Assembly: GCA_964393485.1 (NCBI GenBank)
Contig: CAYMTW010000004.1
Coordinates: 1,863-65,862 of the forward strand
Length of the DNA: 64,000 nucleotides
Direction: 5' to 3'
Source of the DNA: an uncultured Melioribacter sp.
GTDB taxonomy: Bacteria; Bacteroidota; Ignavibacteria; Kapaibacteriales; Kapaibacteriaceae
The position numbers and the translations under genes were made by a program. The notes beneath the pieces were generated by a model that searched no databases, was not told the DNA's origin, and saw only the letters and a list, made by a program, of their open reading frames with translations. This document shows positions 1-10,647 of the stretch, piece after piece; position 1 is the first letter of the stretch, and each line of letters opens with the position of its first letter.

Positions 1-276
1 AGTCATGATAAGCATCCGCTCGTTGGTGATGCTGACTATGGAGGTCGGGAAGGGGCCGTCGGTGCACTGCATACAGCATATAGAAAGCCAGCAACGCAGA
101 TTCTCGGAAACATTCACCGTCAGGCACTTCATGCCCGGATGCTCACGTTCACACATCCGATCACTCGTGAGCGACTGACCTTTGAGAGCCCCCTGCCAAA
201 TGATATGCAGGCGTGCCTTGACCTACTTCGGAATGGCAGCGCCCATGCGTCCGCGGATCCAGGACGCGCGTTTTAG
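1..276 (+). CDS. rluD: RluA/RluD-family 23S rRNA pseudouridine synthase, C-terminal part (runs off the left edge)
   Basis: Frame 1, translated by hand, gives HPLVGDADYGG...RQALHARMLTFTHPITRERLTFESPLPND, the typical RluD C-terminus. Stop TAG at 274-276. Not in the ORF track. Confidence 0.8.
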   Translation, partial: SHDKHPLVGDADYGGREGAVGALHTAYRKPATQILGNIHRQALHARMLTFTHPITRERLTFESPLPNDMQACLDLLRNGSAHASADPGRAF

Positions 277-909
277 GGTGTAAGCGCTTGGTGTTGAAGC
301 GCTGAATCGTCTGGGATTAGGTATGACGGCCGCCAAACGTGCCGCCTGGTCGCGCGAAAGATCCTTGGCAGATACGCCAAAGGACTTCCGTGCTCCTTGG
401 CCGATGCCATAGACGCCATCGCCCCACTCGATCATGTTCATGTACACTTCCAGAATGCGACGCTTGCCCCAGAGCGCTTCGGTGAGGTACACGAAGTACA
501 CCTCGAAGGCCTTGCGGATCATGGACCTCCACGGCACTAAAAACACATTCTTGCAGGTCTGCATCGTGATGGTACTGGCTCCAAGTGGCGGACGTCCACG
601 TTTTATGCGTCCGGCGTTGACCCTCTCGGCGCGTTTGACCGCATTCCAGTCGATGCCGTTGTGACGCATGAAGGCGCCATCCTCGCCTCCCACGATGCCC
701 CGCGGAACCCACTGGGCAATGTTCTCGTAGCCGACCCACTCGTGACAAACGAGCATAGACTTGCCCGTGAAGGGGGCTTGTAAAACACGCCATACCATCA
801 GCGGCGTGATCGCCGGTGGTACGACGCGCAGAATTGCTACGACCACAACGGATCCGACGAGAAATGCCATGGCTGAGCGCCATGTCCAGAGGAGAATAGT
901 TTTCAACAT
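223..909 (-). CDS. mtgA: Monofunctional biosynthetic peptidoglycan transglycosylase (GT51)
   Basis: N-terminal TM helix; motifs EDGAFMRHNGID, GASTITMQTCKNVFL, RKAFE, KRRILEVYMN, LAAVIPNP. Confidence 0.9.
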   Translation of the reverse strand: MLKTILLWTWRSAMAFLVGSVVVVAILRVVPPAITPLMVWRVLQAPFTGKSMLVCHEWVGYENIAQWVPRGIVGGEDGAFMRHNGIDWNAVKRAERVNAGRIKRGRPPLGASTITMQTCKNVFLVPWRSMIRKAFEVYFVYLTEALWGKRRILEVYMNMIEWGDGVYGIGQGARKSFGVSAKDLSRDQAARLAAVIPNPRRFSASTPSAYTLKRASWIRGRMGAAIPK

Positions 910-934
910 AGGCCGCGTAGAGGAATTAAAAACC

Positions 935-976
935 TTACGAACGTTAGATTAGCACCTACAAATCTTTACGAACGTA
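935..976. promoter_or_regulatory. Candidate regulator binding sites: direct repeat TTACGAACGT at 935-944 and 966-975
   Basis: Two exact 10-mers 31 bp apart in the mtgA/Lrp divergent intergenic region. Each contains an imperfect palindrome TACG-AA-CGT(A/T). Confidence 0.4.
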
Positions 977-986
977 CGGAAACCAC

Positions 987-1433
987 GTGAAAGAGCTTGA
1001 CCGACAGATCTGCTCTCTGTTACAGGAGAATGCCCGCCTGAGTCTGAGCGAGATCGCCGAACAGGTTGGCGCTTCAGTACCGACGGTTAGCGATCGCGTG
1101 CGAAGACTGGAAGCCGACGGTATCATTCGCGAGTATACGACCTTGTTGCGTGCAGTCGACTTCGGATATGATGTAACAGCATTCATCTTCGTGGACATGG
1201 ACTCGAGTACCAACTATGACGGGTTCCGACGTCAGTGCAGAGCACGCAAAGAGGTTCAGGAATGCCATGCCGTCACGGGTACCGCCTCACATCTGCTTAA
1301 GGTGCGTGTGCGTACCACCGGTGAACTCGAACAGTTGCTCTCGTCTATTCAGCAGTGGAAAGGCGTCTCGCGCACACAAACGAATGTGGTGCTGAGCACC
1401 CACAAAGAAACCCCGTCAATCACGATCATCTGA
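987..1433 (+). CDS. Lrp/AsnC-family transcriptional regulator
   Basis: N-terminal HTH ([44 protein letters not shown]) and RAM domain (ECHAVTG...LLKVRV). Confidence 0.92.
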   Translation: MKELDRQICSLLQENARLSLSEIAEQVGASVPTVSDRVRRLEADGIIREYTTLLRAVDFGYDVTAFIFVDMDSSTNYDGFRRQCRARKEVQECHAVTGTASHLLKVRVRTTGELEQLLSSIQQWKGVSRTQTNVVLSTHKETPSITII

Positions 1434-1461
1434 ATCAACAACGAACGAGGAAGGAGTAACC

Positions 1462-3618
1462 ATGGCCAACAATGTGGATGTCTCGACAGTTGCCCGCAAC
1501 TGGCGACTTGAAGGAGTCAGCGTCCCATCACCGACGGACGTCGTCAACGAGGTATTCGCCAGCGACGTCCTCACGATGGAGGAGCTTCGTCAGCGGCTGA
1601 GCAAGCCGGTATGGAAGTCACTTGTCGCAACGTCAGAGCGCGGAGCGACTCTTGATCCAGCCATTGCAGACACCGTAGCTCTGGCAATGAAGACCTGGGC
1701 TATGGAAAAGGGGGCCACACACTACACCCACTGGTTCCAGCCCCTTACCGGCCTTACGGCTGAGAAACATGATTCATTTGTGACGCCGACCAGTGATGGC
1801 TCGGCGATCTCCCAGTTCTCAGGAAAAGAGCTTATCCAAGGTGAGCCAGATGCGTCTTCATTTCCGAGCGGTGGACTGCGCGCAACCTTTGAAGCCCGCG
1901 GTTACACGGCGTGGGATCCGACCTCGCCAGCCTTCATTATGCGTCATTCCAACGGCGCTACACTCTGTATCCCGACAGCCTTTGCCTCATGGACTGGTGA
2001 GGCACTGGACAACAAGACTCCGCTGCTGCGCTCGATGGAGTGCTTGAACACGGCGGCCATGCGTGCACTGAAGCTTTTTGGCGACGCTGAATCGCAGCGC
2101 GTTGTGGCGACGGTAGGTGTGGAGCAGGAGTACTTCTTGATCGACGAAGAATTCTACTTTCGTCGTCCAGACCTTGTCATGTCGGGCAGAACACTCTTCG
2201 GCGCTCAACCGCCCAAGGGGCAGGAGCTCGAGGACCACTACTTCGGATCGATCCCAGACCGTGTGCTGACGTTTATGACCGACGCCGAACACCAGCTCTA
2301 TGCCCTTGGTATCCCCGTCAAAACACGCCATAACGAGGTCGCACCTGGACAGTTTGAGATAGCCCCGATATTCGAACAAGCCAATATCGCTGCCGACCAT
2401 CAGCAGTTGCTCATGCAGGTCTTCAAGAACACTGCGCGGCGCTATGGCATGGTTTGCCTGCTGCACGAGAAGCCGTTTGCCGGTGTGAACGGATCGGGCA
2501 AGCACGTCAACTGGTCGATGTCCACAGATGCTGGTCAGAATCTTCTCGAGCCCGGTGACACGCCGCATGAGAACATGCAGTTTCTATTCTTCTGTGCCGC
2601 CGTGATCAAGGCCCTGGATGAGCATCAAGACCTGGTTCGTGCCTGCGTGGCATCAGCCTCAAATGATCACCGTCTCGGGGCAAATGAAGCGCCCCCTGCC
2701 ATCATGTCAATGTTTCTTGGTGATCAGCTCACCGAGGTTTTCGAACGCGTGGTGTCGGGCAAGGGCGGATCATCGAAGAAAGCCGGGCTGCTCGGTCTTG
2801 GAACACAAGTGCTGCCTCGTCTGCCGCAGCATACGGGTGATCGCAACAGGACATCACCATTCGCATTTACGGGCAACAAGTTTGAATTCCGTGCCGTTGG
2901 TTCTTCGCAGTCAGTCTCGTTCCCGATCACCGTTCTGAATGTCATTGCCGCCGATGCGATCAACGCCATGGCGCTTAGCATCGAGAAGAGGATCAAAAAG
3001 GGACAGAGCTTTGAGGCGTCATTGAGTGAAGTCATCAAGGAAGTGTATTCGACCCATGCACGAATCGTCTTCAATGGTGACGGCTATTCACAGCAGTGGC
3101 ATGATGAGGCTGCTCGAAGGGGGCTTCTGGCTCTCAAGACATCGATTGATGCTATCCAGACTCTTGTCAGCACCAAAAACTGCAAGCTCTTCTCATCGCT
3201 CAGCGTGCTCACTCAACGTGAGCTGGAGGCGCGTCAGGAAGTGATGTTTGAGCAGTACTTCAAGTCGGTGAACATCGAAGGCGAGACCACAGAATGGATC
3301 GCGCAAACGCAGATCCTGCCAAGTGCACTCAGGACGCTCCGCGAAATGACGTCAGCTGGTGTCTCATTGCCTGCCATTGACAGAGCAACGGCCGAGCTGG
3401 CTGAGGTGATCAATGAGCTCGCCGTCTCGATCGGCCTGTTGCGTCAGCAAAACCAGGAGCTTGGAGGAGATACGGTGCACTCAAAGGCCCATCATATGCA
3501 GGACGGCGTCTTGCCGGCAATGCTGCGCGTGCGCTCGGCGGCCGATGCGCTTGAACGTCTTACCGCCTACGATCACTGGCCACTTCCTTCATACAGAGAG
3601 ATGCTCTTCGTCAAGTGA
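1462..3618 (+). CDS. glnA: Glutamine synthetase type III
   Basis: 718 aa; motifs [71 protein letters not shown]-like AAGGAG upstream. Confidence 0.95.
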   Translation: MANNVDVSTVARNWRLEGVSVPSPTDVVNEVFASDVLTMEELRQRLSKPVWKSLVATSERGATLDPAIADTVALAMKTWAMEKGATHYTHWFQPLTGLTAEKHDSFVTPTSDGSAISQFSGKELIQGEPDASSFPSGGLRATFEARGYTAWDPTSPAFIMRHSNGATLCIPTAFASWTGEALDNKTPLLRSMECLNTAAMRALKLFGDAESQRVVATVGVEQEYFLIDEEFYFRRPDLVMSGRTLFGAQPPKGQELEDHYFGSIPDRVLTFMTDAEHQLYALGIPVKTRHNEVAPGQFEIAPIFEQANIAADHQQLLMQVFKNTARRYGMVCLLHEKPFAGVNGSGKHVNWSMSTDAGQNLLEPGDTPHENMQFLFFCAAVIKALDEHQDLVRACVASASNDHRLGANEAPPAIMSMFLGDQLTEVFERVVSGKGGSSKKAGLLGLGTQVLPRLPQHTGDRNRTSPFAFTGNKFEFRAVGSSQSVSFPITVLNVIAADAINAMALSIEKRIKKGQSFEASLSEVIKEVYSTHARIVFNGDGYSQQWHDEAARRGLLALKTSIDAIQTLVSTKNCKLFSSLSVLTQRELEARQEVMFEQYFKSVNIEGETTEWIAQTQILPSALRTLREMTSAGVSLPAIDRATAELAEVINELAVSIGLLRQQNQELGGDTVHSKAHHMQDGVLPAMLRVRSAADALERLTAYDHWPLPSYREMLFVK

Positions 3619-3638
3619 CCGTTCGCAATACGGCGGCG

Positions 3639-6065
3639 TTACTTCTTCGTCGTGCGTTTGGCGGCTGTCTTTCGTGCCGTTGTCTTCTTTGCAACTTTCT
3701 TCACGGCCGTCTTTTTGGCGGCCGTTTTCTTTTCTGCCCCAGTCTCTGAGGTGGTCTTTTTGGCCGCTGCACTCTTCTTCGTCTTTGGTGCAGGGGCCTG
3801 CTGCTGAGCCAGCTGCAGACATTCCTCGAGAGTTAAGGCGGTTGCATCTGTACCCTTCGGCAGACGCACGTTCTGCTTGCCAACGACCACGTAGGGACCC
3901 CACCGACCCTTGAGGACCTTGACGGACGGATCATCTTCGAACACCTTGATCGTGTTCTCGGCGATCTTCTGACGTCTGGCAAGGATTACTTCAATGCCAC
4001 GAGGACCTGCTACCGTGTACGGATCATCGTCCTTTGCCAGAGAGTAAAACGCTCCATTATGCTCAATGTATGGTCCGAACCGACCAAGCTTGACCTCCAT
4101 TGGATGATCTTCATAGGAACCGATCACCCGTGGGAACTTGAACAGCTCCAAGGCCTGATCCAGCGTGATGCTCTCCATTGTGACGTTGCCGGGCAGCCCT
4201 TTCTGTCGCTTATTCTCGTCATCAGCATCTCCGATCTGGGCGATCGGCCCATATCTGGCAAGACGCACGTATACATTCCGTCCGCTTGCAGGATCGGTCC
4301 CGAGCAGTCGTTCGCCGCTTTGACGTTCTGCGGTCTCACTTGTTCGGACGACGTCTTGCTTGAACGGTTCGTAGAACGAGCGGATCATCTCCGTCCATCG
4401 CACGCTACCCTGAGCGATCTCATCAAACTGCTTCTCCACGGTGGCCGTGAAGTTGTAGTCCATGATCTTGTCGAAGTGCTTGGTCAAGAAGTCCGTGACG
4501 ATCGTGCCGATGTCGGTGGGGAAGAGCTTCGAACGTTCAGCGCCCGTGTTTTCCATTTCGACAATGCGCGTAACCTGGCCGGACTCAAGCTTAAACTCGC
4601 GCACCTGCCGTTGGCGACCTTCGCGGTCTTCCTTGACCACGTAGTTGCGAGCCTGAATGGTTGCGATCGTCGGGGCGTAGGTAGAGGGACGTCCGATACC
4701 GAGCTCTTCGAGCTTCTTCACCAGCGAGGCTTCCGTGTAGCGCGAAGGGGGCCGATCGAACTTCTCCCGAGCGGTCATTCGCTGCAGATGCGGGTGTGAA
4801 CCGATGGTAAGTGGCGGGAGCATCTTACCAGAGTCGTCATCGCTGGACTCTTCGTCGCTCGATTCAAGATACAGCTTTAAGAAACCATCGAATCGTATCA
4901 CTTCGCCCGTAGCCACCAGCACGTCAGGTCGCGTTGAGATCGAGATGCTTGCAATGGTACGTTCGAGCTGTGCCTCAGCCATCTGCGATGCCAGAGTGCG
5001 CTTATAGATCAGGTCGTAGAGCTTGCGTTCTCCGTCGGAGGTACCGGCACTGCGTTGTGAGAAGTCAGTCGGTCGGATGGCTTCATGTGCTTCCTGCGCC
5101 GAGGCCACTTTGGTGACGTAGTTGTGTGGCCTGCTGTAGTTCTGGCCAAAGGTAGAAACGATCTCCTGGCGAGCCCCCTCAATGGCAAGCTCCGAGAGGT
5201 TTACTGAGTCGGTTCGCATGTAAGTAATCAGTCCCGCCTCATACAGGCTCTGGGCGATGCGCATCGTGTTCGTAAGCGAAAAGCCCAGCTTGCGGCTCGC
5301 TTCCTGCTGTAAGGTAGAGGTTGTAAAGGGGGCGGATGGCGAACGCTTGGCCGGCTTGACCTCGAGATTGCTGACCGTAAAGGTGGCACCGAGACAGGAT
5401 TCGAGAAACTCGCGAGCCTGCTCTTCCTGATCGAATCGCTTCGGTAGCTCGGCTTTGAACGTCCGGCCGGAATCATCGAACTCGGCCACAATCCGGAACT
5501 GACTCTTTGACGTAAAGCCCTGGATCTCACGCTCGCGCTCAACGACCAGCCGTACCGAGACCGATTGCACGCGGCCAGCAGAAAGATTGCGCTGCACTTT
5601 ACGCCACAATACGGGTGACAAGCCGTAGCCAACCAGACGATCTAGCACGCGCCTGGCCTGCTGGGCATCGACGAGGTTCGTATCAATACCGCGCGGGTTT
5701 GCAACGGCCTTGAGAATGGCTGGCTTGGTGATCTCGTGAAAGACAATGCGCCGCGTGTGAGCCGCATTGAGGTCCAAAGCCTCAAACAGGTGCCAGGCGA
5801 TGGCTTCGCCTTCGCGGTCTTCGTCAGATGCAAGCCATACGGTCTCGGCCTGACGGGCCCGCTTCTTCAGCTCCTGAACAAGCTTCTTCTTGTCTTCATT
5901 GATCTCATAGACCGGTGTGAAGTTGTTATCCACGTCGATCGCCTTGTCGTTGCCCGGCAAGTCGCGGATGTGACCCATGCAGGAGGTGACCTCGAAGTCG
6001 GCTCCGAGATACTTCTGAATGGTTTTTGCCTTTGAAGGCGATTCGACGATTACAAGGTTTTTCAT
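3639..6065 (-). CDS. topA: DNA topoisomerase I with C-terminal repeats and Lys/Ala-rich tail
   Basis: KNLVIVESPSKAK, DEDREGE, SAGRVQS, catalytic LITYMRTDS, GIGRPSTYA. Confidence 0.97.
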   Translation of the reverse strand: MKNLVIVESPSKAKTIQKYLGADFEVTSCMGHIRDLPGNDKAIDVDNNFTPVYEINEDKKKLVQELKKRARQAETVWLASDEDREGEAIAWHLFEALDLNAAHTRRIVFHEITKPAILKAVANPRGIDTNLVDAQQARRVLDRLVGYGLSPVLWRKVQRNLSAGRVQSVSVRLVVEREREIQGFTSKSQFRIVAEFDDSGRTFKAELPKRFDQEEQAREFLESCLGATFTVSNLEVKPAKRSPSAPFTTSTLQQEASRKLGFSLTNTMRIAQSLYEAGLITYMRTDSVNLSELAIEGARQEIVSTFGQNYSRPHNYVTKVASAQEAHEAIRPTDFSQRSAGTSDGERKLYDLIYKRTLASQMAEAQLERTIASISISTRPDVLVATGEVIRFDGFLKLYLESSDEESSDDDSGKMLPPLTIGSHPHLQRMTAREKFDRPPSRYTEASLVKKLEELGIGRPSTYAPTIATIQARNYVVKEDREGRQRQVREFKLESGQVTRIVEMENTGAERSKLFPTDIGTIVTDFLTKHFDKIMDYNFTATVEKQFDEIAQGSVRWTEMIRSFYEPFKQDVVRTSETAERQSGERLLGTDPASGRNVYVRLARYGPIAQIGDADDENKRQKGLPGNVTMESITLDQALELFKFPRVIGSYEDHPMEVKLGRFGPYIEHNGAFYSLAKDDDPYTVAGPRGIEVILARRQKIAENTIKVFEDDPSVKVLKGRWGPYVVVGKQNVRLPKGTDATALTLEECLQLAQQQAPAPKTKKSAAAKKTTSETGAEKKTAAKKTAVKKVAKKTTARKTAAKRTTKK

Positions 6066-6078
6066 GGTGCGCTCTTAG

Positions 6079-6546
6079 TTACTCTCGTTCATTGTGCGAA
6101 CAAGAGAGCGGATCGTGACACGTGGCGAAAATTTGTAGTGAATGTGCCTTGGGTCTGAAACCCAAACGGGCACAAACACCATCACGCAGAGCATCGATCC
6201 CTTCTTCACGAAACTCTTCAATCCGGCCGCACTCCATGCAGATCAGGTGATCGTGATCCGGCATACGACTGGCGAGCTCAAAATGCGCACTTCCACCCTG
6301 GAAACGGTGCTTCATGAGAATTCCGCAGGTCGTCAGCAGATCAAGCGTAGAGTAAATGGTCGCACGTGAGATCCGATCGCCCCTTCCGTTCATGTAGAGA
6401 TAGAGCTCGTCAGCATTAAAATGCCGGTCAAGCTCGGCGATCCGGTCGATGACGTTGAATCGCTCCTGGGTGCCACGATACTTCTTCCTCTTGAGGAAGT
6501 CGGCAAACTGTTGTTTCAGAGATTCGTTGTCGGCTGGCAAAGACAT
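6079..6546 (-). CDS. fur: Fur-family metalloregulator (Fur/PerR/Zur)
   Basis: ISRATIYSTL winged helix, DHDHLICMECGRIEEF metal site, C-terminal Cys pair. Start refined to ATG at 6546. Confidence 0.87.
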   Translation of the reverse strand: MSLPADNESLKQQFADFLKRKKYRGTQERFNVIDRIAELDRHFNADELYLYMNGRGDRISRATIYSTLDLLTTCGILMKHRFQGGSAHFELASRMPDHDHLICMECGRIEEFREEGIDALRDGVCARLGFRPKAHSLQIFATCHDPLSCSHNERE

Positions 6547-6551
6547 GGGCA

Positions 6552-6575
6552 CAAATATACTTGTGCGTACTTTTG
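6552..6575. promoter_or_regulatory. Back-to-back Bacteroidota-type -7 promoter elements for fur (-) and speA (+)
   Basis: TATATTTG on minus (6559-6552) and TACTTTTG on plus (6568-6575) both match TAnnTTTG. Confidence 0.55.
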
Positions 6576-6613
6576 CGCTCGCTTTTCCCACCGATAATCC
6601 CCCAGAACGCCCT

Positions 6614-8509
6614 ATGCGCAAATGGCGCGTCGAAGATTCCCTCGAAACCTACAACGTCCCCGGATGGGGTATCGGATACTTCGGTATCAACGCCAGGGGG
6701 CATGTGGTGGCAGCACCGAGAAAGACCAAGGGTCCGCAGATCGACCTGAAGGAACTCGTCGATGAGCTTCTTCTGCGAGATGTCAGCGCCCCTGTGCTGC
6801 TTCGCTTCCCGGACATTCTCGATGACCGTATCGAGAAGATCTCGGATTGCTTTGCAAAGGCAGCTCGAGAGTATGACTATACGGGAACGTATTACAGCGT
6901 CTATCCGATCAAGGTCAATCAGCAGCGACCGGTGGTTGAAGAACTCGTGCGCCATGGCAAGAGATTCAACATCGGACTCGAGGCTGGCTCCAAGCCGGAG
7001 CTCCATGCTGTTCTGGCTATCATGGACAACAGCGAGGCGCTGATCATCTGCAATGGATACAAGGATGAAGAGTTCATCGAGCTAGCTCTACTGGCGCAAA
7101 AGATGGGCAAGCGCATCTTTCTCGTGGTCGAGAAACTCAACGAACTTCGGCTGATCAATGATGTTGCACGAAGACTTGGGGTTCGACCCAATGTTGGAAT
7201 TCGAATCAAGCTGGCATCAAGCGGAAGCGGCAAGTGGGAAGAGTCAGGGGGCGATCAGTCAAAGTTCGGCCTGAATGCCTCGGAGCTTCTCGAAGCCGTT
7301 GAGTATGCCCGCTCGAACGAAATGCTTGACTGCATCAAACTGATCCACTTCCACCTGGGGTCGCAGATCACCAACATCCGAAAGATCAAGCAGGGGTTGA
7401 GTGAGGTTGCCCAGTTCTATGTGCAGCTTATGGCGATGGGGTGCCGGATAGAGTTTGTTGACGTAGGGGGCGGTCTTGGTGTTGATTACGATGGTACGCG
7501 CAGCAGCGTGGCCTCGAGCATTAACTACTCGATCCAGGAGTATGCTAATGATGCGATCAGCTCGATCGCCGAGGCAGCTACCAAGAACTCTCTACCGCAC
7601 CCGCATATCATCACCGAGTCAGGCAGGGCATTGACAGCCCACCATTCGGTGCTGGTGTTCAATGTTCTCGAAACAGCAAGCGTTCCTACGTGGAATTCGC
7701 GTGATAAGATCTCCAAGAAGGATCACGAACTGGTTAGCGAATTGCACGAGATCATGACTTCACTCAACAGTCGGACGATGCTCGAAGCCTGGCATGACGC
7801 GCAGCAGCTGCGTGAGGAAACACTTGACAGGTTTTCGCTCGGACTGATCGATCTGCGTACGCGTGCCCAAGTCGAGCGACTCTATTGGACCATTGCCCAG
7901 AAGATCTCTGATATGGTCGGTGAGCTCAAGGCTGTCCCTGAGGAACTGCGTCAGCTGCCGAAGATGCTGGCCGACAAGTACTTCTGCAACTTCTCACTCT
8001 TTCAGTCGCTCCCAGATTCCTGGGCCATTGATCAACTTTTCCCGATCATGCCGATCCACCGATTGACCGAGCGCCCATCGAGAATGGCAACGCTGCAGGA
8101 CATCACCTGCGACTCGGATGGGAAAGTGGATCACTTCATCGGCGTACGAGATTACACGTCGCTTCTGCCGGTGCATCCGCTCAAGGCAGGAGAGCAGTAC
8201 TACCTGGCCGTGTTCCTTGTTGGAGCCTATCAGGAGATCCTGGGCGATCTGCATAACCTATTCGGCGATACCAATGCCGTGCACGTCACCGTAAGCGGTA
8301 ATAGCTACGAGATCGCACAGGTCATAGACGGCGAAACCGTTGCTGATGTACTCGACTACGTTCAGTTCGATGCGAAGAAACTCGTTCGCACAATGGAAGC
8401 CTGGGTGAGTGCCTCGGTCAAGGACAAGAGGATCACGGCCAAAGAGGGCAAGGAGTTCCTTGCCATCTACCGGTCCGGATTGTATGGTTACACCTATTTG
8501 GAAGAGTGA
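6614..8509 (+). CDS. speA: Biosynthetic arginine decarboxylase
   Basis: YPIKVNQ (PLP Lys), GLEAGSKPEL, HFHLGSQI, DVGGGLGVDYDG, ESGRAL, CDSDG, GAYQEILGDLHNLFGD. Start refined to MRKWRVEDS. Confidence 0.95.
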   Translation: MRKWRVEDSLETYNVPGWGIGYFGINARGHVVAAPRKTKGPQIDLKELVDELLLRDVSAPVLLRFPDILDDRIEKISDCFAKAAREYDYTGTYYSVYPIKVNQQRPVVEELVRHGKRFNIGLEAGSKPELHAVLAIMDNSEALIICNGYKDEEFIELALLAQKMGKRIFLVVEKLNELRLINDVARRLGVRPNVGIRIKLASSGSGKWEESGGDQSKFGLNASELLEAVEYARSNEMLDCIKLIHFHLGSQITNIRKIKQGLSEVAQFYVQLMAMGCRIEFVDVGGGLGVDYDGTRSSVASSINYSIQEYANDAISSIAEAATKNSLPHPHIITESGRALTAHHSVLVFNVLETASVPTWNSRDKISKKDHELVSELHEIMTSLNSRTMLEAWHDAQQLREETLDRFSLGLIDLRTRAQVERLYWTIAQKISDMVGELKAVPEELRQLPKMLADKYFCNFSLFQSLPDSWAIDQLFPIMPIHRLTERPSRMATLQDITCDSDGKVDHFIGVRDYTSLLPVHPLKAGEQYYLAVFLVGAYQEILGDLHNLFGDTNAVHVTVSGNSYEIAQVIDGETVADVLDYVQFDAKKLVRTMEAWVSASVKDKRITAKEGKEFLAIYRSGLYGYTYLEE

Positions 8510-8519
8510 TATCTCGCGT

Positions 8520-10637
8520 ATGACTCATCACACTGTCGTGCGTTGGATCATTGTCATCCTCCTAGCCCCGTTTGCCGTGATGAACGGTCATGCGCAGTCT
8601 CTTCCCACGGCGTATCATGACACGTTTGATGACAACAAGGGAGAGTGGCAGGTAGGGGGCTCTCTTGGGCGCAGCGCCTCGATCGTCAACGGTGTCTATC
8701 GAATTGATCAGCGTGCGGCGTTTGGATCCTGGTTCGCCAAGACCAACTGCTTTGTGGATTATTCCCAGGACTTTGAGGTTGAAGTCAAGGTGCGTCAACT
8801 GACAGGTTCGAATGCAGCTGGTTTTGGGATATTCTGGAGTGGGAAGGGAATCAATGCCTACAACGCCTTTGTGGTCAGTGGCATTGGGCGCTACCGTGTA
8901 ACATCAGAAATGAACGGTGCCGTCAATGACATGCAGCCGTGGACACCCTTTGAGGGAATGCCGCCTCTTCAGACATGGTTCACCATGACGATCCGGAAAC
9001 GCGGATCGGGCATGAGCGTGCTCGTCAATAACACGACACTCTTCCTGTTCGACCGTCCGCGGATCTTCGGTGGTGAGATAGGTCTGATCACGGGACCACA
9101 AGTCGTCGTAGAGTTTGATGATTTTATCGTGCGTCAGAATCAGGGTCCTATCAATCTAGCCGATGATTGTATCACTGACGGGAAGCCGGAAAGTCTTGGT
9201 CCGAATGTCAACTCGGTAGGAGGAGACATTTCTCCGGTCATAACAGCTGACGGCAAGCGCCTGTACTTCGGACGGTACCCGTATCTGGGAAACATCGGTG
9301 ATCCATCTACCGAGGATATCTGGTACACAGACTTGCTGCCGAACGGAACGTGGGGCCCTGCACAGAATGTAGGTGCGCCGCTGAATAACTATGCTTCGAA
9401 CTTTCTGGTGAGCATTTCGCCAGACAGAAACTCGGCCATCGTTGGTAACACGTATTACAGCAACGGTGCCCCGAAGGGGGCTGGTCTGTCATCAACGTAC
9501 ATGACGGAAAATGGCTGGAGCATCCCGAAGGAAATCAGGATCGACCGGTATTACAATGATGATCAGTTCTCCGAGCTGTGCCTTGACCCTAGTGGTATGA
9601 TCCTTGTGATGACGGTACAACGTGATGATACCAAGGGGCAGAAGGACATATACTTCTCCCGCCGTAAGCCAAATGGAATGTTCAGCGAGCCGGTCAACTG
9701 CGGTCCAGTTCTCAACACCTGGGGCAATGAGATCTCGCCGTTCATTGCCGCAGACGGTGTAACACTATTCTTTGCCACGGATGGTCGGAAAGGATATGGC
9801 GACATGGACATCTGGATGTCTCGTCGTCTTGATGACTCGTGGACAAAGTGGAGTGAACCAAAGAACGTTGGCCCCTTGATCAACACTGCGCAATGGGATG
9901 CCTACTTCACCATTCCGGCGAAAGCAGACTATGCCTATTTCAGCGGTGCCAGCCCTACCGATGGCAGCTCGGACCTGTATCGTGCACGCCTGCCAAAGGG
10001 CCTAAAGCCTCTGCCGGTGGCATTGATCACCGGCCGTGTCCTCGATGCGGCAACGAAGAAGCCTATTGCGACGAGCGTTAGCTATGAGAGTCTCACAAAG
10101 GGCGTTACCGCCGGCATAGCCCGGTCGGAGCCAACGAAAGGTTCCTATAGCATCGTTCTGCCTGTTGGTGACCTGTATGGGTTTCGCGCAGAGTTAGAGG
10201 GCTTCTATCCTGTGAGCGATCAGCTCGATACGCGATCGCTGGCCGAGTATACCGAGATCACCCGTGACCTCTATCTTGCTCCGATTGCGAAGAATCAGAC
10301 CATTACGCTCAACAATGTCTTCTTCGATTTCCGTCAGTCGGTTCTTCGTCCTGAGTCTCATGCCGAGCTTGACCGCCTTGCCGCCTTTCTGATCCAACGA
10401 CCTGCCATGGTGATCGAACTTGCTGGCCATACGGACAACATTGGAAGTGTCGGCGCAAACATGGACCTTTCGCGGCAGCGCGTTACAGCTGTGAAGGACT
10501 ATCTGGTAACGCGTGGCGTGGAAGCCTCGCGGATGAAGACCGTTGCCTATGGTGCCACGAAGCCCCTTGTGAAGAACAATTCCGACGATGCGCGCCGCCG
10601 CAATCGGCGTGTGGAATTCCGCATCGTTACCATGTAA
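8520..10637 (+). CDS. OmpA-family peptidoglycan-binding protein (ConA/DUF1080-like domain + PD40 propeller + carboxypeptidase-regulatory-like domain + OmpA_C), PorE-like
   Basis: Signal peptide; PD40 repeats (SPVITADGKRLYF, SPFIAADGVTLFF); OmpA_C motifs GHTDNIG..N..LSRQR and NRRVEF. Confidence 0.82.
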   Translation: MTHHTVVRWIIVILLAPFAVMNGHAQSLPTAYHDTFDDNKGEWQVGGSLGRSASIVNGVYRIDQRAAFGSWFAKTNCFVDYSQDFEVEVKVRQLTGSNAAGFGIFWSGKGINAYNAFVVSGIGRYRVTSEMNGAVNDMQPWTPFEGMPPLQTWFTMTIRKRGSGMSVLVNNTTLFLFDRPRIFGGEIGLITGPQVVVEFDDFIVRQNQGPINLADDCITDGKPESLGPNVNSVGGDISPVITADGKRLYFGRYPYLGNIGDPSTEDIWYTDLLPNGTWGPAQNVGAPLNNYASNFLVSISPDRNSAIVGNTYYSNGAPKGAGLSSTYMTENGWSIPKEIRIDRYYNDDQFSELCLDPSGMILVMTVQRDDTKGQKDIYFSRRKPNGMFSEPVNCGPVLNTWGNEISPFIAADGVTLFFATDGRKGYGDMDIWMSRRLDDSWTKWSEPKNVGPLINTAQWDAYFTIPAKADYAYFSGASPTDGSSDLYRARLPKGLKPLPVALITGRVLDAATKKPIATSVSYESLTKGVTAGIARSEPTKGSYSIVLPVGDLYGFRAELEGFYPVSDQLDTRSLAEYTEITRDLYLAPIAKNQTITLNNVFFDFRQSVLRPESHAELDRLAAFLIQRPAMVIELAGHTDNIGSVGANMDLSRQRVTAVKDYLVTRGVEASRMKTVAYGATKPLVKNNSDDARRRNRRVEFRIVTM

Positions 10638-10647
10638 AGGCAATCCC

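Noticed and set aside
4059-4799. 246-aa plus-strand ORF
   Set aside because: Antisense shadow of topA; no motifs and no start signals.
6449-6621. Long apparent overlap of the fur and speA 5' ends in the ORF track
   Set aside because: It disappears with refined starts (6546 and 6614), and divergent promoter elements occupy the gap.
6614-8509. SpeA as the decarboxylase partner of the RavA-like ATPase
   Set aside because: SpeA is a fold type III enzyme unrelated to LdcI, lies about 46 kb away, and no LARA domain was recognised in the ATPase.
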